A stretch of DNA of 54,532 nt from Verrucomicrobiota bacterium (GCA_049510745.1 JBEKYR010000036.1:1-54532); one strand, 5' to 3'; counted from the stretch's first letter, positions 39,325 through 49,823 are shown. Made by a program: numbers and translations. Notes: generated from the sequence alone by a model not told the origin.

Positions 39325-39515
39325 AACGGAGGGGAGTTTGAGTTCTTGGCTTCGGATCGTTCGTCCTCCAGCGGAAGGGCGCTCATGGCTTTAAGAAACG
39401 GCTTCTTCAGGCAGAACGCCAAAACCATCGAGGCCGTAAATACCACAACGAAGAGGCAGATGGAGAAGATGCCGAAGGCTTCGATGCCGCCGAGTTTGTC
39501 AATCAATTGGTTCAT
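39321..39515 (-). CDS. ccoQ: cbb3-type oxidase subunit IV
   Basis: 64 aa, single TM, M..LPL.D; lies between ccoNO and ccoP. Confidence 0.8.
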   Translation of the reverse strand: MNQLIDKLGGIEAFGIFSICLFVVVFTASMVLAFCLKKPFLKAMSALPLEDERSEAKNSNSPPL

Positions 39516-39525
39516 AGGCTTTGGA

Positions 39526-41739
39526 TTAGTTGCTCGCGCGCGGCCCGGTCGCGGCGTCCGCCACGGCTTTCGGGGCGGCTTTGATGTCGGTGCCGAGCCG
39601 CTGCAAATAGGCGATCACCGCGATGATCTCGCGGTCGGGCGGCGCTTTGACCTGTCCGGTTTTGAGATTGGCGACGACTTTGTTTGCCTGCTGATTCAAC
39701 TCGTCGAGGGCCTTGCTTTCATATCCAGGCGGATACGGCACGCCGATGCGGCGCAAGGCGCCGATGCGCGCGGTCAGCGACGTGGTGTCGAGCTGTTGCG
39801 TCAGGAGCCACGGGTAGCGCGGCATGATCGAAACGGGCGAGGTGGAGCGGGGATCGTCCAGATGATTGTAATGCCAGGCGTCGGGATACTTGCCGCCGAC
39901 GCGATGCAAATCCGGGCCGGTGCGTTTGGACCCCCAGAGAAAAGGATGGTCATAGACAAATTCGCCCGCCTTGGAGTATTCGCCGTAACGCTCCGTTTCA
40001 GAGCGGAAGGGACGGATCATTTGCGAATGACAGCCCACGCAGCCTTCCCGGATGTAAATGTCCCGGCCCAGAAGCTCCAGGGCCGTGTAAGGTTTGACGC
40101 TGGAAATGGTGGGAACGTTCTCCTTGACAACAATCATGGGGATGATTTCGATCATGCCGCCGATCAGAACCGCGATCAGCGCCAGGCCCGTCAGGAGAAC
40201 GGGCTTGGACTCAAGCCAGCGATGGGTGAAGGCCGGTTCGCTCTGCCCGAGCGGTTGCGAGCGATAGGAGGCGGCCTGCACCTCCTCCTCCGGCACGAAC
40301 CGGCCGGCCCGCGCCGTCCTCCACAAGTTATAGGCCATGAGCCAGACGCCCAAGATGTAGAGCGAACCGCCAACGGCGCGCAGCCGGTAGAATGGAATGA
40401 TTTGCTGCACGGTTTCCAGGAAATTGGGATATTGCAGGAAGCCTTCCCCGGTGAATTGCTTCCACATCATCCCCGCGGTGATGCCGCTGACGTACATCGG
40501 GATGACGTAGAACATCATGCCGAGCAGCGCGATCCAGAAATGGTAGTTGGCCAGCTTGACGGACCAGAGTTTGGTGTTGTAGAGGCGCGGGAAAAGCCAA
40601 TAGAGGACGCTGAACGTCAACAATCCGTTCCAGCCCAGCGCCCCGGTGTGAACGTGGGCGATGGTCCAGTCCGTGTAGTGCGAAAGCGAATTGACGGTTT
40701 TGATGGCCAGGGCCGGGCCTTCCAGGGTCGCCATGCCGTAGGCGGTGACGGCGGCGACCATGAATTTGAGGACGGGGTCCTGGCGGACTTTGTCCCACGC
40801 CCCGCGCAAGGTGAGCAGGCCGTTGAGCATCCCGCCCCACGAGGGCGCGATCAGCATGATGGAGAAGACCATGCCGAGGGATTGCGCCCAGTCCGGCAAC
40901 GCCGTGTAAAGCAAATGATGCGGCCCGGCCCAAATGTAGATGAAGATCAACGCCCAAAAGTGAATGATCGAAAGCCGGTACGAAAAGATCGGGCGGTTGG
41001 CCGCCTTGGGCAGGTAGTAATACATCAGCCCCAGGTAGGGAGTGGTGAGGAAGAAGGCGACGGCGTTGTGGCCATACCACCACTGCACCAACGCGTCCTG
41101 AACGCCGGCGTAAATCGAGTAGCCTTTCCAAAAACTGACCGGGACTTCGAGGCCGTTGACGATGTGCAGCAGCGCCACCGTCAGGGCCGTGGCAATGTAG
41201 AACCAGATGGCGACGTAAATGTGCTTTTCGCGGCGCTTGAGGATCGTGCCGAGCAGGTTGACGGTGAACGCCACCCAGATCACCGCGATGGCTATCTTGA
41301 TCGGCCATTCCAGCTCGGCGTATTCCTTGCTGGTGGTGATGCCCAGCGGCAGCGTCACGGCGGCGGCGACAATGATCGCGTTCCAACCCCAGAAGTTGAG
41401 CCAGCTTAACTTGTCGCTGAACATGCGCGCTTTGCAGAGCCGCTGCAGCGAGTAGTAGATGCCCGTAAACATGCCGTTGCCCACGAAGGCGAAGACCACG
41501 GCATTGGTGTGGACCGGGCGCAGACGGCCGAAGGTGACGAATTGGAAGTTCAGGTTCGCCGCCGGGAAGAAGAGTTGCACCGCGCACAGCAGCCCGGCGG
41601 TCATGCCGATAATGCCCCAGATGACGGTGGCGATGGCGAACGCGCGGACGATGCGGTTGTCGTATCTGAATGTTTCCACGGCGGCGGCGCGTTCGGGTTG
41701 CGGCCGGTGTTCCTGGTTGAACGCTTCTGCATTCATCAT
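39526..41739 (-). CDS. ccoNO: cbb3-type oxidase fused subunits I/II (CcoN-CcoO)
   Basis: GRLRPVHT, QWWYGHNAV, WAGPHH, HVH; C-terminal EGCVGCH, WGSKRTGPDL. Confidence 0.95.
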   Translation of the reverse strand: MMNAEAFNQEHRPQPERAAAVETFRYDNRIVRAFAIATVIWGIIGMTAGLLCAVQLFFPAANLNFQFVTFGRLRPVHTNAVVFAFVGNGMFTGIYYSLQRLCKARMFSDKLSWLNFWGWNAIIVAAAVTLPLGITTSKEYAELEWPIKIAIAVIWVAFTVNLLGTILKRREKHIYVAIWFYIATALTVALLHIVNGLEVPVSFWKGYSIYAGVQDALVQWWYGHNAVAFFLTTPYLGLMYYYLPKAANRPIFSYRLSIIHFWALIFIYIWAGPHHLLYTALPDWAQSLGMVFSIMLIAPSWGGMLNGLLTLRGAWDKVRQDPVLKFMVAAVTAYGMATLEGPALAIKTVNSLSHYTDWTIAHVHTGALGWNGLLTFSVLYWLFPRLYNTKLWSVKLANYHFWIALLGMMFYVIPMYVSGITAGMMWKQFTGEGFLQYPNFLETVQQIIPFYRLRAVGGSLYILGVWLMAYNLWRTARAGRFVPEEEVQAASYRSQPLGQSEPAFTHRWLESKPVLLTGLALIAVLIGGMIEIIPMIVVKENVPTISSVKPYTALELLGRDIYIREGCVGCHSQMIRPFRSETERYGEYSKAGEFVYDHPFLWGSKRTGPDLHRVGGKYPDAWHYNHLDDPRSTSPVSIMPRYPWLLTQQLDTTSLTARIGALRRIGVPYPPGYESKALDELNQQANKVVANLKTGQVKAPPDREIIAVIAYLQRLGTDIKAAPKAVADAATGPRASN

Positions 41740-41906
41740 TCGTCTGCTTTCTCGTTTTTCTTGGTGTGGTTGTCATCCATGAGCGGCCGCAGGGCGGGCG
41801 TGCTGGTGTCTTCGTACTGTCCTGACCGCACGGCCCAGATAAACCCCAGGAGAAAAACAGCGGCGGTCACGATGCTCAACGGAATTAAAAGGAAAAGGAC
41901 GATCAT
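41736..41906 (-). CDS. ccoS: cbb3 assembly protein CcoS (56 aa; absent from the ORF track)
   Basis: MIVLFLLIPLSIVTAAVFLLGFIWAVRSGQYEDTSTPALRPLMDD...; ATGA overlaps with ccoI and ccoNO. Confidence 0.9.
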   Translation of the reverse strand: MIVLFLLIPLSIVTAAVFLLGFIWAVRSGQYEDTSTPALRPLMDDNHTKKNEKADE

Positions 41907-44419
41907 GGCCGGGTCTCTCCTTTGGGGATCGCCGCGCGATCGAGGCGGCCTCCGAGCCGCGCCGTCAGGCCGCAGGCAAAGGCGACGACCGTCACGGAAC
42001 TGAGCGGCATGAGGATGGCGCAGATGACCGGGGACAACAGCCCGCGCGCCGCGATGCTGATGCCGGCGACGTTGTAAACGGCGGAAATCAAAAAACTCAG
42101 CCGCACCACCCGCGCCGAGGATTTGGCAAAGCGCAATACCTCTGGCAGGCGCGGCACCATGTCGGCCGACATAATGACATCACTCGCCGGCGAGAAGGCG
42201 CCAATGCTCTCGACGACCGCCACTCCCACGTCGCTTTGCCTGAGCGCGCCCGCGTCGTTCAGGCCGTCGCCGACCATCATGACCGTCCTGCCCGGAGCCT
42301 GCAACTGCCGGATGAATCTGAGCTTGTTCAACGGGCTTTGGTTGAAGTGCAGAGGGTCGGACTTGCCAAACAACCCGCCAAACCGCTCCCGCTCCTTCTC
42401 ATTGTCGCCGCTGAGCAAGGCAAGGTCGTAATCCGCCGAAAGCCTGCGGATGACCTGGTCCGCCTGGGGCCGCAAGGCATTTGAGAGCGTGTAGCAACCC
42501 CGGTAATTCCCGTCGATGGCGACGTGAACAAGGCTGCCGGCCGTTGCCGGCGGCGCTTGAACCGTCACGTGGCGCGACTCCAGCCAGGCGGCCGAGCCAA
42601 TGCAAAGGTCGCGGCCGGCGACGACTCCTTCAATGCCGCAGCCGGCCGTCTCGGAGAAAGATCGCACCGGCTGGGCCGGATGTTCCCCATCGATGGATTC
42701 GGCAATGCGCACCGCATGGGGATGAGTCGAATGTTGCGCCAGCGAGTGGATGCAGCTTTTTTCCTCGTCTCGAAGCGGCTCGCCCCAAAAAACAATTGCC
42801 CCCGCGCCGGAAGCGGTCAGCGTCCCGGTCTTGTCGAAGACCACCGTGTCCACCCGCGCCAGCGCCTCAATGACGGCGGGGTTCTTGAGGAAAACTTTCC
42901 GCCGCGCGAGGATTCGTTGCGCCGTGCCGAGGGTGAACGGCGCGGCCAGGGCCAGGGCGCACGGGCAAGCCACGATCAGCACCGAAACGAACGCGGCCAG
43001 GGCGCGGGTTGAATCCCGCCACCACCAGAAAAGAGCCGCGCCCGCCGCCACAGCCAGAACCATTTTCGTGAAGCGCCGGCTGTAACGGTTGGTCAGTGTG
43101 TCGAGCGAAGTCTTCTTTTCCTTGGACAAGGTTTCCTGGTTCCAGAGCGATGTCAGATAGCTTTGCGACACTTCCTTGACCGTCTCGACTTCAATGGCGC
43201 CGCCCATCTGTCTTCCGCCCGCGTAGATATGGTCGCCCGCTCTTTTCTCCACCGGCTCCGATTCGCCCGTGACAAAGCTGTAATCGATCGTCGCCGGGCC
43301 GGAAATCAGGCGCGCATCCGAAGGGATCAATTCACCATTGCGAATCACCAGCCGGTCTCCCACCCGCAACTGGGAGAGCGAAATGCGCTCCTCCTTCTGT
43401 CCGCTCTGGCGCAGGATGGATAACGGGAAGAATGACTTGTAGTCGCGCTCGAACGCCAGCCGGTCGTAGGTCTTTTGTTGAAACATCTTTCCGCACAGCA
43501 GAAAAAACAGCAGTCCGGCCAGCGAATCAAAGTAGCCTGGGCCGCGGCCCGTCAATACTTCTCCGGCGCTCCAGGCCGCCAGCGCGCCAATCCCCACCGC
43601 AATCGGCACCTCGATCGTGATGATCCGTTGCCGCCAGGCAAGCCAGGCCGCCCGCCAATAGTCCGCCCCGCTATAGACCAGGGCCGGCAACGCCAGCAAG
43701 AGGCTCATCCAGCCGAACAACTTCCTCAGTCCCGGCCCGCTGAACGCGTCCAGTCCGAGATAGGAGGAAATGCTCAACAACATGATGTTGCCGAAGGCAA
43801 ACCCGGCCACCCCCAGTTGCAGCCAGAGCCGCCGCGACACCGGGTTGCGCGGGCGCTCTTCCGCGTCGGACAAGTTGAATTCAGGCCCGTAACCGAGCGA
43901 GGCCAGCAACGCGACCACTTCGCTCAGCTTGACCTTGGAGTTTTCAAACGTAATGAAAACTTCCTTGCGCGGAAAATTCACCCGCGAATAGCCGACGCCC
44001 GGTTTGAGCCGGAACAAATTCTCCAACAGCCAGACGCAGGCAATGCAATGCACCGAGGGGACCCGGAAGGTGGCACGCGTCACCCGGTCGTCCGCAAAAT
44101 CCACCAAGCGCCGCCGCAGAGCCGGGTCATCCAGGTAACTGAACTCCTCCTCCTTCGGCACGGACTTGGCCCGCACGCCCGCCGCCTTGCCGAACCGGTA
44201 AAAATCGGCCAGCCCATTCTCGGTCAGCAGTTCGAATACGGTCAAACAGCCCTGGCAACAAAAGGACTTATGGTGGCTCGTGAAGACCGCGCCGCGCAAA
44301 GGCGTGCCGCAGTGGAAACATCCTGTTGCAAGGACATCCTCTTCAGCGACTTGCGGCGTGGCGTCGAGTCCCGCGCCAGGGTCATCAGCAATAGCAATGG
44401 CTGTCGTTGATCTCGGCAT
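41903..44419 (-). CDS. ccoI: P1B-type copper ATPase
   Basis: CFHCG/CCQGC, HCIAC, TGE, CPC, DKTGT, GDGLND. Confidence 0.92.
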   Translation of the reverse strand: MPRSTTAIAIADDPGAGLDATPQVAEEDVLATGCFHCGTPLRGAVFTSHHKSFCCQGCLTVFELLTENGLADFYRFGKAAGVRAKSVPKEEEFSYLDDPALRRRLVDFADDRVTRATFRVPSVHCIACVWLLENLFRLKPGVGYSRVNFPRKEVFITFENSKVKLSEVVALLASLGYGPEFNLSDAEERPRNPVSRRLWLQLGVAGFAFGNIMLLSISSYLGLDAFSGPGLRKLFGWMSLLLALPALVYSGADYWRAAWLAWRQRIITIEVPIAVGIGALAAWSAGEVLTGRGPGYFDSLAGLLFFLLCGKMFQQKTYDRLAFERDYKSFFPLSILRQSGQKEERISLSQLRVGDRLVIRNGELIPSDARLISGPATIDYSFVTGESEPVEKRAGDHIYAGGRQMGGAIEVETVKEVSQSYLTSLWNQETLSKEKKTSLDTLTNRYSRRFTKMVLAVAAGAALFWWWRDSTRALAAFVSVLIVACPCALALAAPFTLGTAQRILARRKVFLKNPAVIEALARVDTVVFDKTGTLTASGAGAIVFWGEPLRDEEKSCIHSLAQHSTHPHAVRIAESIDGEHPAQPVRSFSETAGCGIEGVVAGRDLCIGSAAWLESRHVTVQAPPATAGSLVHVAIDGNYRGCYTLSNALRPQADQVIRRLSADYDLALLSGDNEKERERFGGLFGKSDPLHFNQSPLNKLRFIRQLQAPGRTVMMVGDGLNDAGALRQSDVGVAVVESIGAFSPASDVIMSADMVPRLPEVLRFAKSSARVVRLSFLISAVYNVAGISIAARGLLSPVICAILMPLSSVTVVAFACGLTARLGGRLDRAAIPKGETRP

Positions 44420-44470
44420 CGGCAATCGAGAGTAGCAGCGAACAGAGTCGATAAACCGGTTGAGCCAGGC

Positions 44471-45547
44471 TCACCCTTTTTTGCTGATTTCTGTGCCGAA
44501 ATTGGCGGCCGGACAGACTTCGTTCTCTTTTTCACCTATGAATTCCCGCGCCAGTTTTTCGAGGAAGGCCAGCCACAGCGGATGCTCGTTCAAGCAAGGG
44601 ACCAGGCGGAAATCCGCGCCGCCGGAGTCCAGAAAAGTCTGCCGGCCGCGCATCCCGATTTCTTCCAGCGTTTCCAGGCAGTCCGACACAAACGAGGGAC
44701 AGATGACCACGAGCTTGCGCGTTCCGGCCTTGGCCAAACCTTCGAGGACATGGTCGGTATAGGGTTTAAGCCACGGCTCGCGCCCCAAACGGGATTGAAA
44801 GGCGATCGAATACTTTTGTTTTGGAATCGAGGCCATCCCCACAAAGGCTTCCGCCGTTCTAAAACACTGGGCGCGATAGCAGGTGTTCAGCGCCGGAGAG
44901 TTGACCGCGCAGCAATCCTGCGACATCAGGCAATGGCCGCCGGTCGGATCGGCCTTGCGCAAGTGTCTCTCGGGTATGCCGTGAAAACTGAACAGCAAAT
45001 GGTCGTAGTCTTGTTTCAGAGACTCGGACGCCGCCGCCGTCATGGCCCGGATGTAGTCGGGATGATCGTAATAAGGCGGCGCCACCGTGAGCGAGATATG
45101 CGGCGCCACTTCCGCGATGACTTCCCGGACGCGCTCGACGGCCGTTCCATAGCTGGACATGGCGTAGTGCGGAAAAAGCGGGATGAGCAGCACTTCCTCG
45201 ATGCCTTCGTCCCGCAACTTGCAAATGGCAACCGGGATGGACGGATTGCGATACCGCATGGCCAGCTCGACCCTCACTCCGGCGCGGTCTTGCAGCGCTT
45301 GCCGCACCTTCCGGCTGGTCACCACCAGGGGCGATCCTTCGGGCGTCCAGATCTTTTCGTATGCTTCAGCCGATTGCGCGGGGCGCTTGGGCAAAATGGT
45401 CAGATGCACGATGCACCAGCGCACCGGATAAGGCGCGTCGAGGACGCGGCCATCCATGAGGAATTCACCCAGATAGGTCCGCACATCTTCCACAGAGGGG
45501 GAATCGGGCGATCCCAGATTCACCAAAAGCACGGCTCGGGTGCTCAT
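44471..45547 (-). CDS. hemH: Ferrochelatase
   Basis: LLVNLGSPD, LFPHY, SFHGIP, FQSRLG, W..PYT, DCLETLEE. Confidence 0.95.
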   Translation of the reverse strand: MSTRAVLLVNLGSPDSPSVEDVRTYLGEFLMDGRVLDAPYPVRWCIVHLTILPKRPAQSAEAYEKIWTPEGSPLVVTSRKVRQALQDRAGVRVELAMRYRNPSIPVAICKLRDEGIEEVLLIPLFPHYAMSSYGTAVERVREVIAEVAPHISLTVAPPYYDHPDYIRAMTAAASESLKQDYDHLLFSFHGIPERHLRKADPTGGHCLMSQDCCAVNSPALNTCYRAQCFRTAEAFVGMASIPKQKYSIAFQSRLGREPWLKPYTDHVLEGLAKAGTRKLVVICPSFVSDCLETLEEIGMRGRQTFLDSGGADFRLVPCLNEHPLWLAFLEKLAREFIGEKENEVCPAANFGTEISKKG

Positions 45548-46962
45548 ACGGTAACGGGGTGCTGCAGGCCGTTGCGGCGCGTTCGGTCCGAGACCAGAAA
45601 CGTCTGAATTCTCCCCGCCACGCTGTGGCCCGAAACTATGGAATCGCCCAGGGACACGCCGTCGCGCGCGTGTCCGGCCACAAACAGGCCCGGCGCCTTC
45701 AATTCCATGTCGGCCATCAACGCGCGGACCTTTCCGAAACCCAGATTGTATTGCGGAATGGCCTGGCGATAGACGGCGACGTGCTGAAAGGTCGGCCGGC
45801 CCCGGACACCCAGTATTGTTCCCAGGTCCTTGACGGCGATCTCCGTCAACACGTTGGGCGGGTTCAGGGGCAGGAGCGGCTGCCGCGCGCCCCCGATGTA
45901 ACAGGTGAGGGTCACTTCGCCTTCCGGCGCGCGCCTGGGAAAGAGGGACGAGGAGAAAAGCGCGCCCAGGATGTTAAACCGTTCCTTTTCCGGAATGAGC
46001 ATGCCAAATCCATCCAGCGGATGCGCGACATCGGCGCGGCGAAACCCCAGCACGACCGAGGCCACGGGTGGATAATAGACTTCGGCTAACGACGAAACAT
46101 TGAGCGCGGGAGCGGTCCTAATATCCAGGCAGGCGATTCTGTGGCTTGGCAGGGCGAGGAGAACCGCGCTGCACTCCGCCGGGCTGCCGCGGGCATAGGG
46201 TTCCATTTCGATGAACCAGCCCTTGTCCGCGCGCCGCAATGAGCGAACGGGCGCGGCGGTTTGAATGTCTCCCTCCAGGCGGGATTGCAGGGCGCCAATG
46301 AGCACCTGCAACCCGTCATCGAAGGAAAATTTCTTCGCGTTCTGTTTGGAAACCTCTCCGCTGCGTTTGCGCGCGCGCGCCCCCAGGATTTGCCCCAAAA
46401 AGAGTGACCGATAGCGTTGCTCCAGCGCGTGGAGTTTGGGAAAGGCCTGCGACACGGAAAGCTTCTGCGGGCTGCCGGCGTAAACCCCGGCCACCAAGGG
46501 ATCGATGGCGTAATCGAGAAATTCCTGGCCCAGCCGCCGCTGGACGAATTGGGCGATGGATTCTTCCATGCCGGCCGGCGCCGGCCCGATGAACGGCTCG
46601 GCCAGGACGCGCAGCTTGGCCGAAAGCGAAAACAGGGGCGTCGTCAGAAAACCGGCCGCGGAAATTGGAATTTCCACCGGCTTTTTATCGCGCACCACGT
46701 AGCGCTTTTCCGCAGCCGGATTGGAATAGACCCGGCGCGATTCCAGACCCAACTCCCGCACCAGACTGGAAATGACAGGCGACGTCTCCAGGATGCTGTT
46801 GGGGCCGGATTCGGCCAGATACCCGCCGCGCCGCACGGTGCGGATGACGCCGCCGACGCGATCGTCCGCTTCAAACAACATCACGGGGAGGCCGCGCTGC
46901 TTGAGATAAAAGGCCGCCGTCAGCCCGGTTATGCCGCCTCCAATAATGGCAATCGGCTTCAT
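45544..46962 (-). CDS. hemY: FAD-dependent protoporphyrinogen oxidase (HemY/PgoX type)
   Basis: GGGITGL, RVGG, ESGPNS, GFGML, AIPQY; position within the hem operon. Confidence 0.9.
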   Translation of the reverse strand: MKPIAIIGGGITGLTAAFYLKQRGLPVMLFEADDRVGGVIRTVRRGGYLAESGPNSILETSPVISSLVRELGLESRRVYSNPAAEKRYVVRDKKPVEIPISAAGFLTTPLFSLSAKLRVLAEPFIGPAPAGMEESIAQFVQRRLGQEFLDYAIDPLVAGVYAGSPQKLSVSQAFPKLHALEQRYRSLFLGQILGARARKRSGEVSKQNAKKFSFDDGLQVLIGALQSRLEGDIQTAAPVRSLRRADKGWFIEMEPYARGSPAECSAVLLALPSHRIACLDIRTAPALNVSSLAEVYYPPVASVVLGFRRADVAHPLDGFGMLIPEKERFNILGALFSSSLFPRRAPEGEVTLTCYIGGARQPLLPLNPPNVLTEIAVKDLGTILGVRGRPTFQHVAVYRQAIPQYNLGFGKVRALMADMELKAPGLFVAGHARDGVSLGDSIVSGHSVAGRIQTFLVSDRTRRNGLQHPVTV

Positions 46963-48338
46963 ACCGTCTTGGAAAAGCGTCGTTCCCTGGCCGCCGGAAG
47001 ATACCGATCGAACCGCATGGCAATGTTGCGGATGAAAAGCCGGCCCACGTCGTTGACCACCAGGCCCTGCGCGTCGCGCCGCAACAGACCGTCCTTTTCC
47101 AGGTCCGTCATCGAATCCAGTTCGGCCTTGAAATAACGGGCAAAGTCAATGCCCAGGTCCTTTGAAAGCCCGGCGTAGTCCAGGCTCATGTCGCACATCA
47201 GCCGCATGATCGTCTGGCGGCGAATCTGGTCGTCGCTGCTCAAAATGTAGCCTTTGGCAAACGGCTCGCGCCCCGAATCCAAGGCCCCGTAGTAACCGGC
47301 CAAATCCTTGAGGTTCTGCCAATAGACCCCGTCGGCCTGCGAAATGGCCGACATGCCGAAAGCATGGATGTCCGCGCCGCCTTTGGTGCTGTAGCCCTGG
47401 AAATTCCGCTGCAATGTCTTCTGGCGCTGCGCCACCGCCAGCTCATCGGCGGGCCGGGCGAAGTGATCCATCCCGATGTAGGTGTAGCGGTCGTTTTGCG
47501 TCAGCTTCTCGATGACCAGTTTTAACAGGTTGAGCTTGGTTTCGGCGCTGGGCAGGGCCGCTTCCTGCTCCAGAATCTTTTGCGCCGGCTTCATCCACGG
47601 CACGTGCGCGTAACTGAACACCGCCAGCCGGTCCGGCCCCAGCTTGATGATTTCGTCCAGGGTCCGCTCAAAGGATTCGACCGTCTGGTAAGGCAAACCA
47701 TAGATCAAATCCAGGTTGATGGATTGAAAGCCCTCCGCGCGCGCCCACTCGATGACCTCCTCGGTCTGCTCGCGCGGTTGAATCCGATGCACCGCTGCCT
47801 GCACCGTCGGGTTAAAATCCTGCACGCCTATCGATGCCCGATTGAACCCCGCCTCGCGCAAGGCGGCGATGTGATCGCGCGTCAACCGCCGCGGGTCAAT
47901 CTCCACTCCCGCCTCCATCCCGGGCGCCAGATCGAAATGCCGGCGGATCGACTGCCCGAGCCAGCGAATTTCGCCGGGTGACAGAAACGTCGGCGTGCCG
48001 CCGCCCCAATGCAATTGCACCACTTTGCGCGCCGGGTTGAGCCGGGCGCTCATCTGCTTCATTTCCTTGTCCAGGTATTGAAGGTAGAGCGCGCCTTTCT
48101 CGCGCTGCGTCGTGATGACCGTGGTGCAGCCGCAATACCAGCAGAGCGACTCGCAAAAGGGGATGTGGAAATAGAGCGAGAGGCCGCGCCCGGACGACTG
48201 CGCCTGGGCGATCTTCGCCGCCACCTCCGGCCAGGTGACTTGATCGGTAAACTGCGGGGCGGGCGGATAGGAGGTGTAACGCGGCCCCGGCACGTTGTAC
48301 TTTTGAACCAGTCCCAAATCGACGTTCAGTTTGCTCAT
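46959..48338 (-). CDS. hemN: Oxygen-independent coproporphyrinogen III dehydrogenase
   Basis: GPRYTSYP, CESLCWYC, GGGTP, GMDHF, RNFQGY. Confidence 0.96.
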   Translation of the reverse strand: MSKLNVDLGLVQKYNVPGPRYTSYPPAPQFTDQVTWPEVAAKIAQAQSSGRGLSLYFHIPFCESLCWYCGCTTVITTQREKGALYLQYLDKEMKQMSARLNPARKVVQLHWGGGTPTFLSPGEIRWLGQSIRRHFDLAPGMEAGVEIDPRRLTRDHIAALREAGFNRASIGVQDFNPTVQAAVHRIQPREQTEEVIEWARAEGFQSINLDLIYGLPYQTVESFERTLDEIIKLGPDRLAVFSYAHVPWMKPAQKILEQEAALPSAETKLNLLKLVIEKLTQNDRYTYIGMDHFARPADELAVAQRQKTLQRNFQGYSTKGGADIHAFGMSAISQADGVYWQNLKDLAGYYGALDSGREPFAKGYILSSDDQIRRQTIMRLMCDMSLDYAGLSKDLGIDFARYFKAELDSMTDLEKDGLLRRDAQGLVVNDVGRLFIRNIAMRFDRYLPAARERRFSKTV

Positions 48339-49435
48339 ACGAACTTTTGCACGGCGCAGGCCAGCGCTTCGAGATTCTCCATTCTGGCATCGGCCGGCAC
48401 GCCGTGGCCGAGGTTGAAAATGAACCCGCGGCGCGACCGCATTTGTTCCAACAGGCGCGTGGCTTCCGCCGCGACGGCGCCCGGCTCTCCCGTGGCCAGC
48501 AACGCCGGGTCCAGATTCCCCTGGATGGCCGTGGCGGGCGGGATGTGCAAGGCCGCCTCGGCCAACGTGATTTCGTGGTCGATGCCGATCGCGCGCGCGC
48601 CCGTCCGGACGAGCGAGTTCCAGTCGCGCGTGCCCTTGGAATACACGATGACCGGCGCCCGCCCGCGCAGCCCGGAAACAATCGCCCGAATCCAGCGCCC
48701 GGATGCCGCTTCAAAATCTTCGCGCGGCAACAGCCCGCCCAGGCTGTCAAATATCTGGACCGCATCCACTCCGCAGGCGATTTGCATTCGGAGATATTCG
48801 ATGGTCGCCTCGGTCAGCTTCCCGGCCAGGGCCTCATACGTAACGGGGTCGGAGCGAAAACACTGCAAGGCCCGCGCGTGCGGCGTGGCGCTGCCGCCAT
48901 CGAGCATGAAGTTCGCCAGCGTCCAGGGCGAACCGGCGAAGCCCAGCAAGGCGGCGCGCCCCCGCAACTCCGCTTTGATCAGCTTCAGCGCCCGCGCCAC
49001 GTAATCGAGCCGCTCGCCAAGGCCATCGACCTTGAGCCGCCGGATGCCGCCGCCGTCGCGCAGGACAAAATCCATTTCGACCCCGCCGCCTTCGCGGAAG
49101 CTATAGCCCTGGCCCATCGCTTCCGGCACAACCAGGATATCGCTGAAAAGAATGGCCGCGTCGAAATTGAACCGGCGCACCGGTTGCAGCGTCACTTCCG
49201 CGGCCAGCTCCGGGGTTTGGACCAGTTGGCGGAAGGAATACTTCTCTTTAAGGGCGCGGTACTCGGGAAGGCAGCGGCCGGCCTGGCGCATCAACCAGAC
49301 AGGCGGACGGTCCACCGGCGAACAGCCCAGCGCATCCAGCATCCGTTGCCGGCGCGGGCGTTCGGCCGACGCCGGTTCCGAAGGCGCAACGCCACGCGCC
49401 GTCCGCTTTGTTTCATCTGTTAGCAAATCCCGCAT
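48335..49435 (-). CDS. hemE: Uroporphyrinogen decarboxylase
   Basis: PVWLMRQAGR, AILFSDIL, GFAGSPWT, QIFDS, QGNLDP, NLGHG; start uncertain (49435 or 49343 region). Confidence 0.94.
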   Translation of the reverse strand: MRDLLTDETKRTARGVAPSEPASAERPRRQRMLDALGCSPVDRPPVWLMRQAGRCLPEYRALKEKYSFRQLVQTPELAAEVTLQPVRRFNFDAAILFSDILVVPEAMGQGYSFREGGGVEMDFVLRDGGGIRRLKVDGLGERLDYVARALKLIKAELRGRAALLGFAGSPWTLANFMLDGGSATPHARALQCFRSDPVTYEALAGKLTEATIEYLRMQIACGVDAVQIFDSLGGLLPREDFEAASGRWIRAIVSGLRGRAPVIVYSKGTRDWNSLVRTGARAIGIDHEITLAEAALHIPPATAIQGNLDPALLATGEPGAVAAEATRLLEQMRSRRGFIFNLGHGVPADARMENLEALACAVQKFV

Positions 49436-49658
49436 GACAGAAAAATAGGATAAAGCGGCAAAGGAAGCTTCACCGCAATTGGCAAACCCTAGACATTTCT
49501 TGCGCAGAGAGCAAGAGTTTCTGACCAGCCCGCCCCGCTTTGAAGGGTTTTTGATGGATTCAGGGCAAACGCATCTGATTATCCAAGCGTGGAAAGGAAA
49601 TGTTAATCCTGCCGCTTCCAAGTTTGACATTGTTGAATTCCCGTGCGATAAGCAAGTT

Positions 49659-49823
49659 GTGAAAGCTGCGAAGACCGTGGGGGAAAAGAAGACAGCAGGG
49701 ACCCTCGCTGTGGAAAGGCATCGCCCTTTGATGAATAAGCTTTCCGACGCGGACCGCCGCCGGTTGCGCCGCCGCGCCGCCGAACTCTTGTATGGAAGCC
49801 AAACCGCCTCGGCTGGCCGGTGA
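49659..49823 (+). CDS. Small basic protein, possible antitoxin (54 aa)
   Basis: GTG start, MKAAKTVGEKKTAGTLAVERHRPLMNKLSDADRRRLRRRAAELLYG...; overlaps a PIN-like stub. Confidence 0.45.
   Translation: MKAAKTVGEKKTAGTLAVERHRPLMNKLSDADRRRLRRRAAELLYGSQTASAGR

Noticed and set aside
49500..49515. TTGCGCAGAGAGCAA as an FNR box upstream of hemE
   Set aside because: Wrong spacing and poor match to TTGAT-N4-ATCAA
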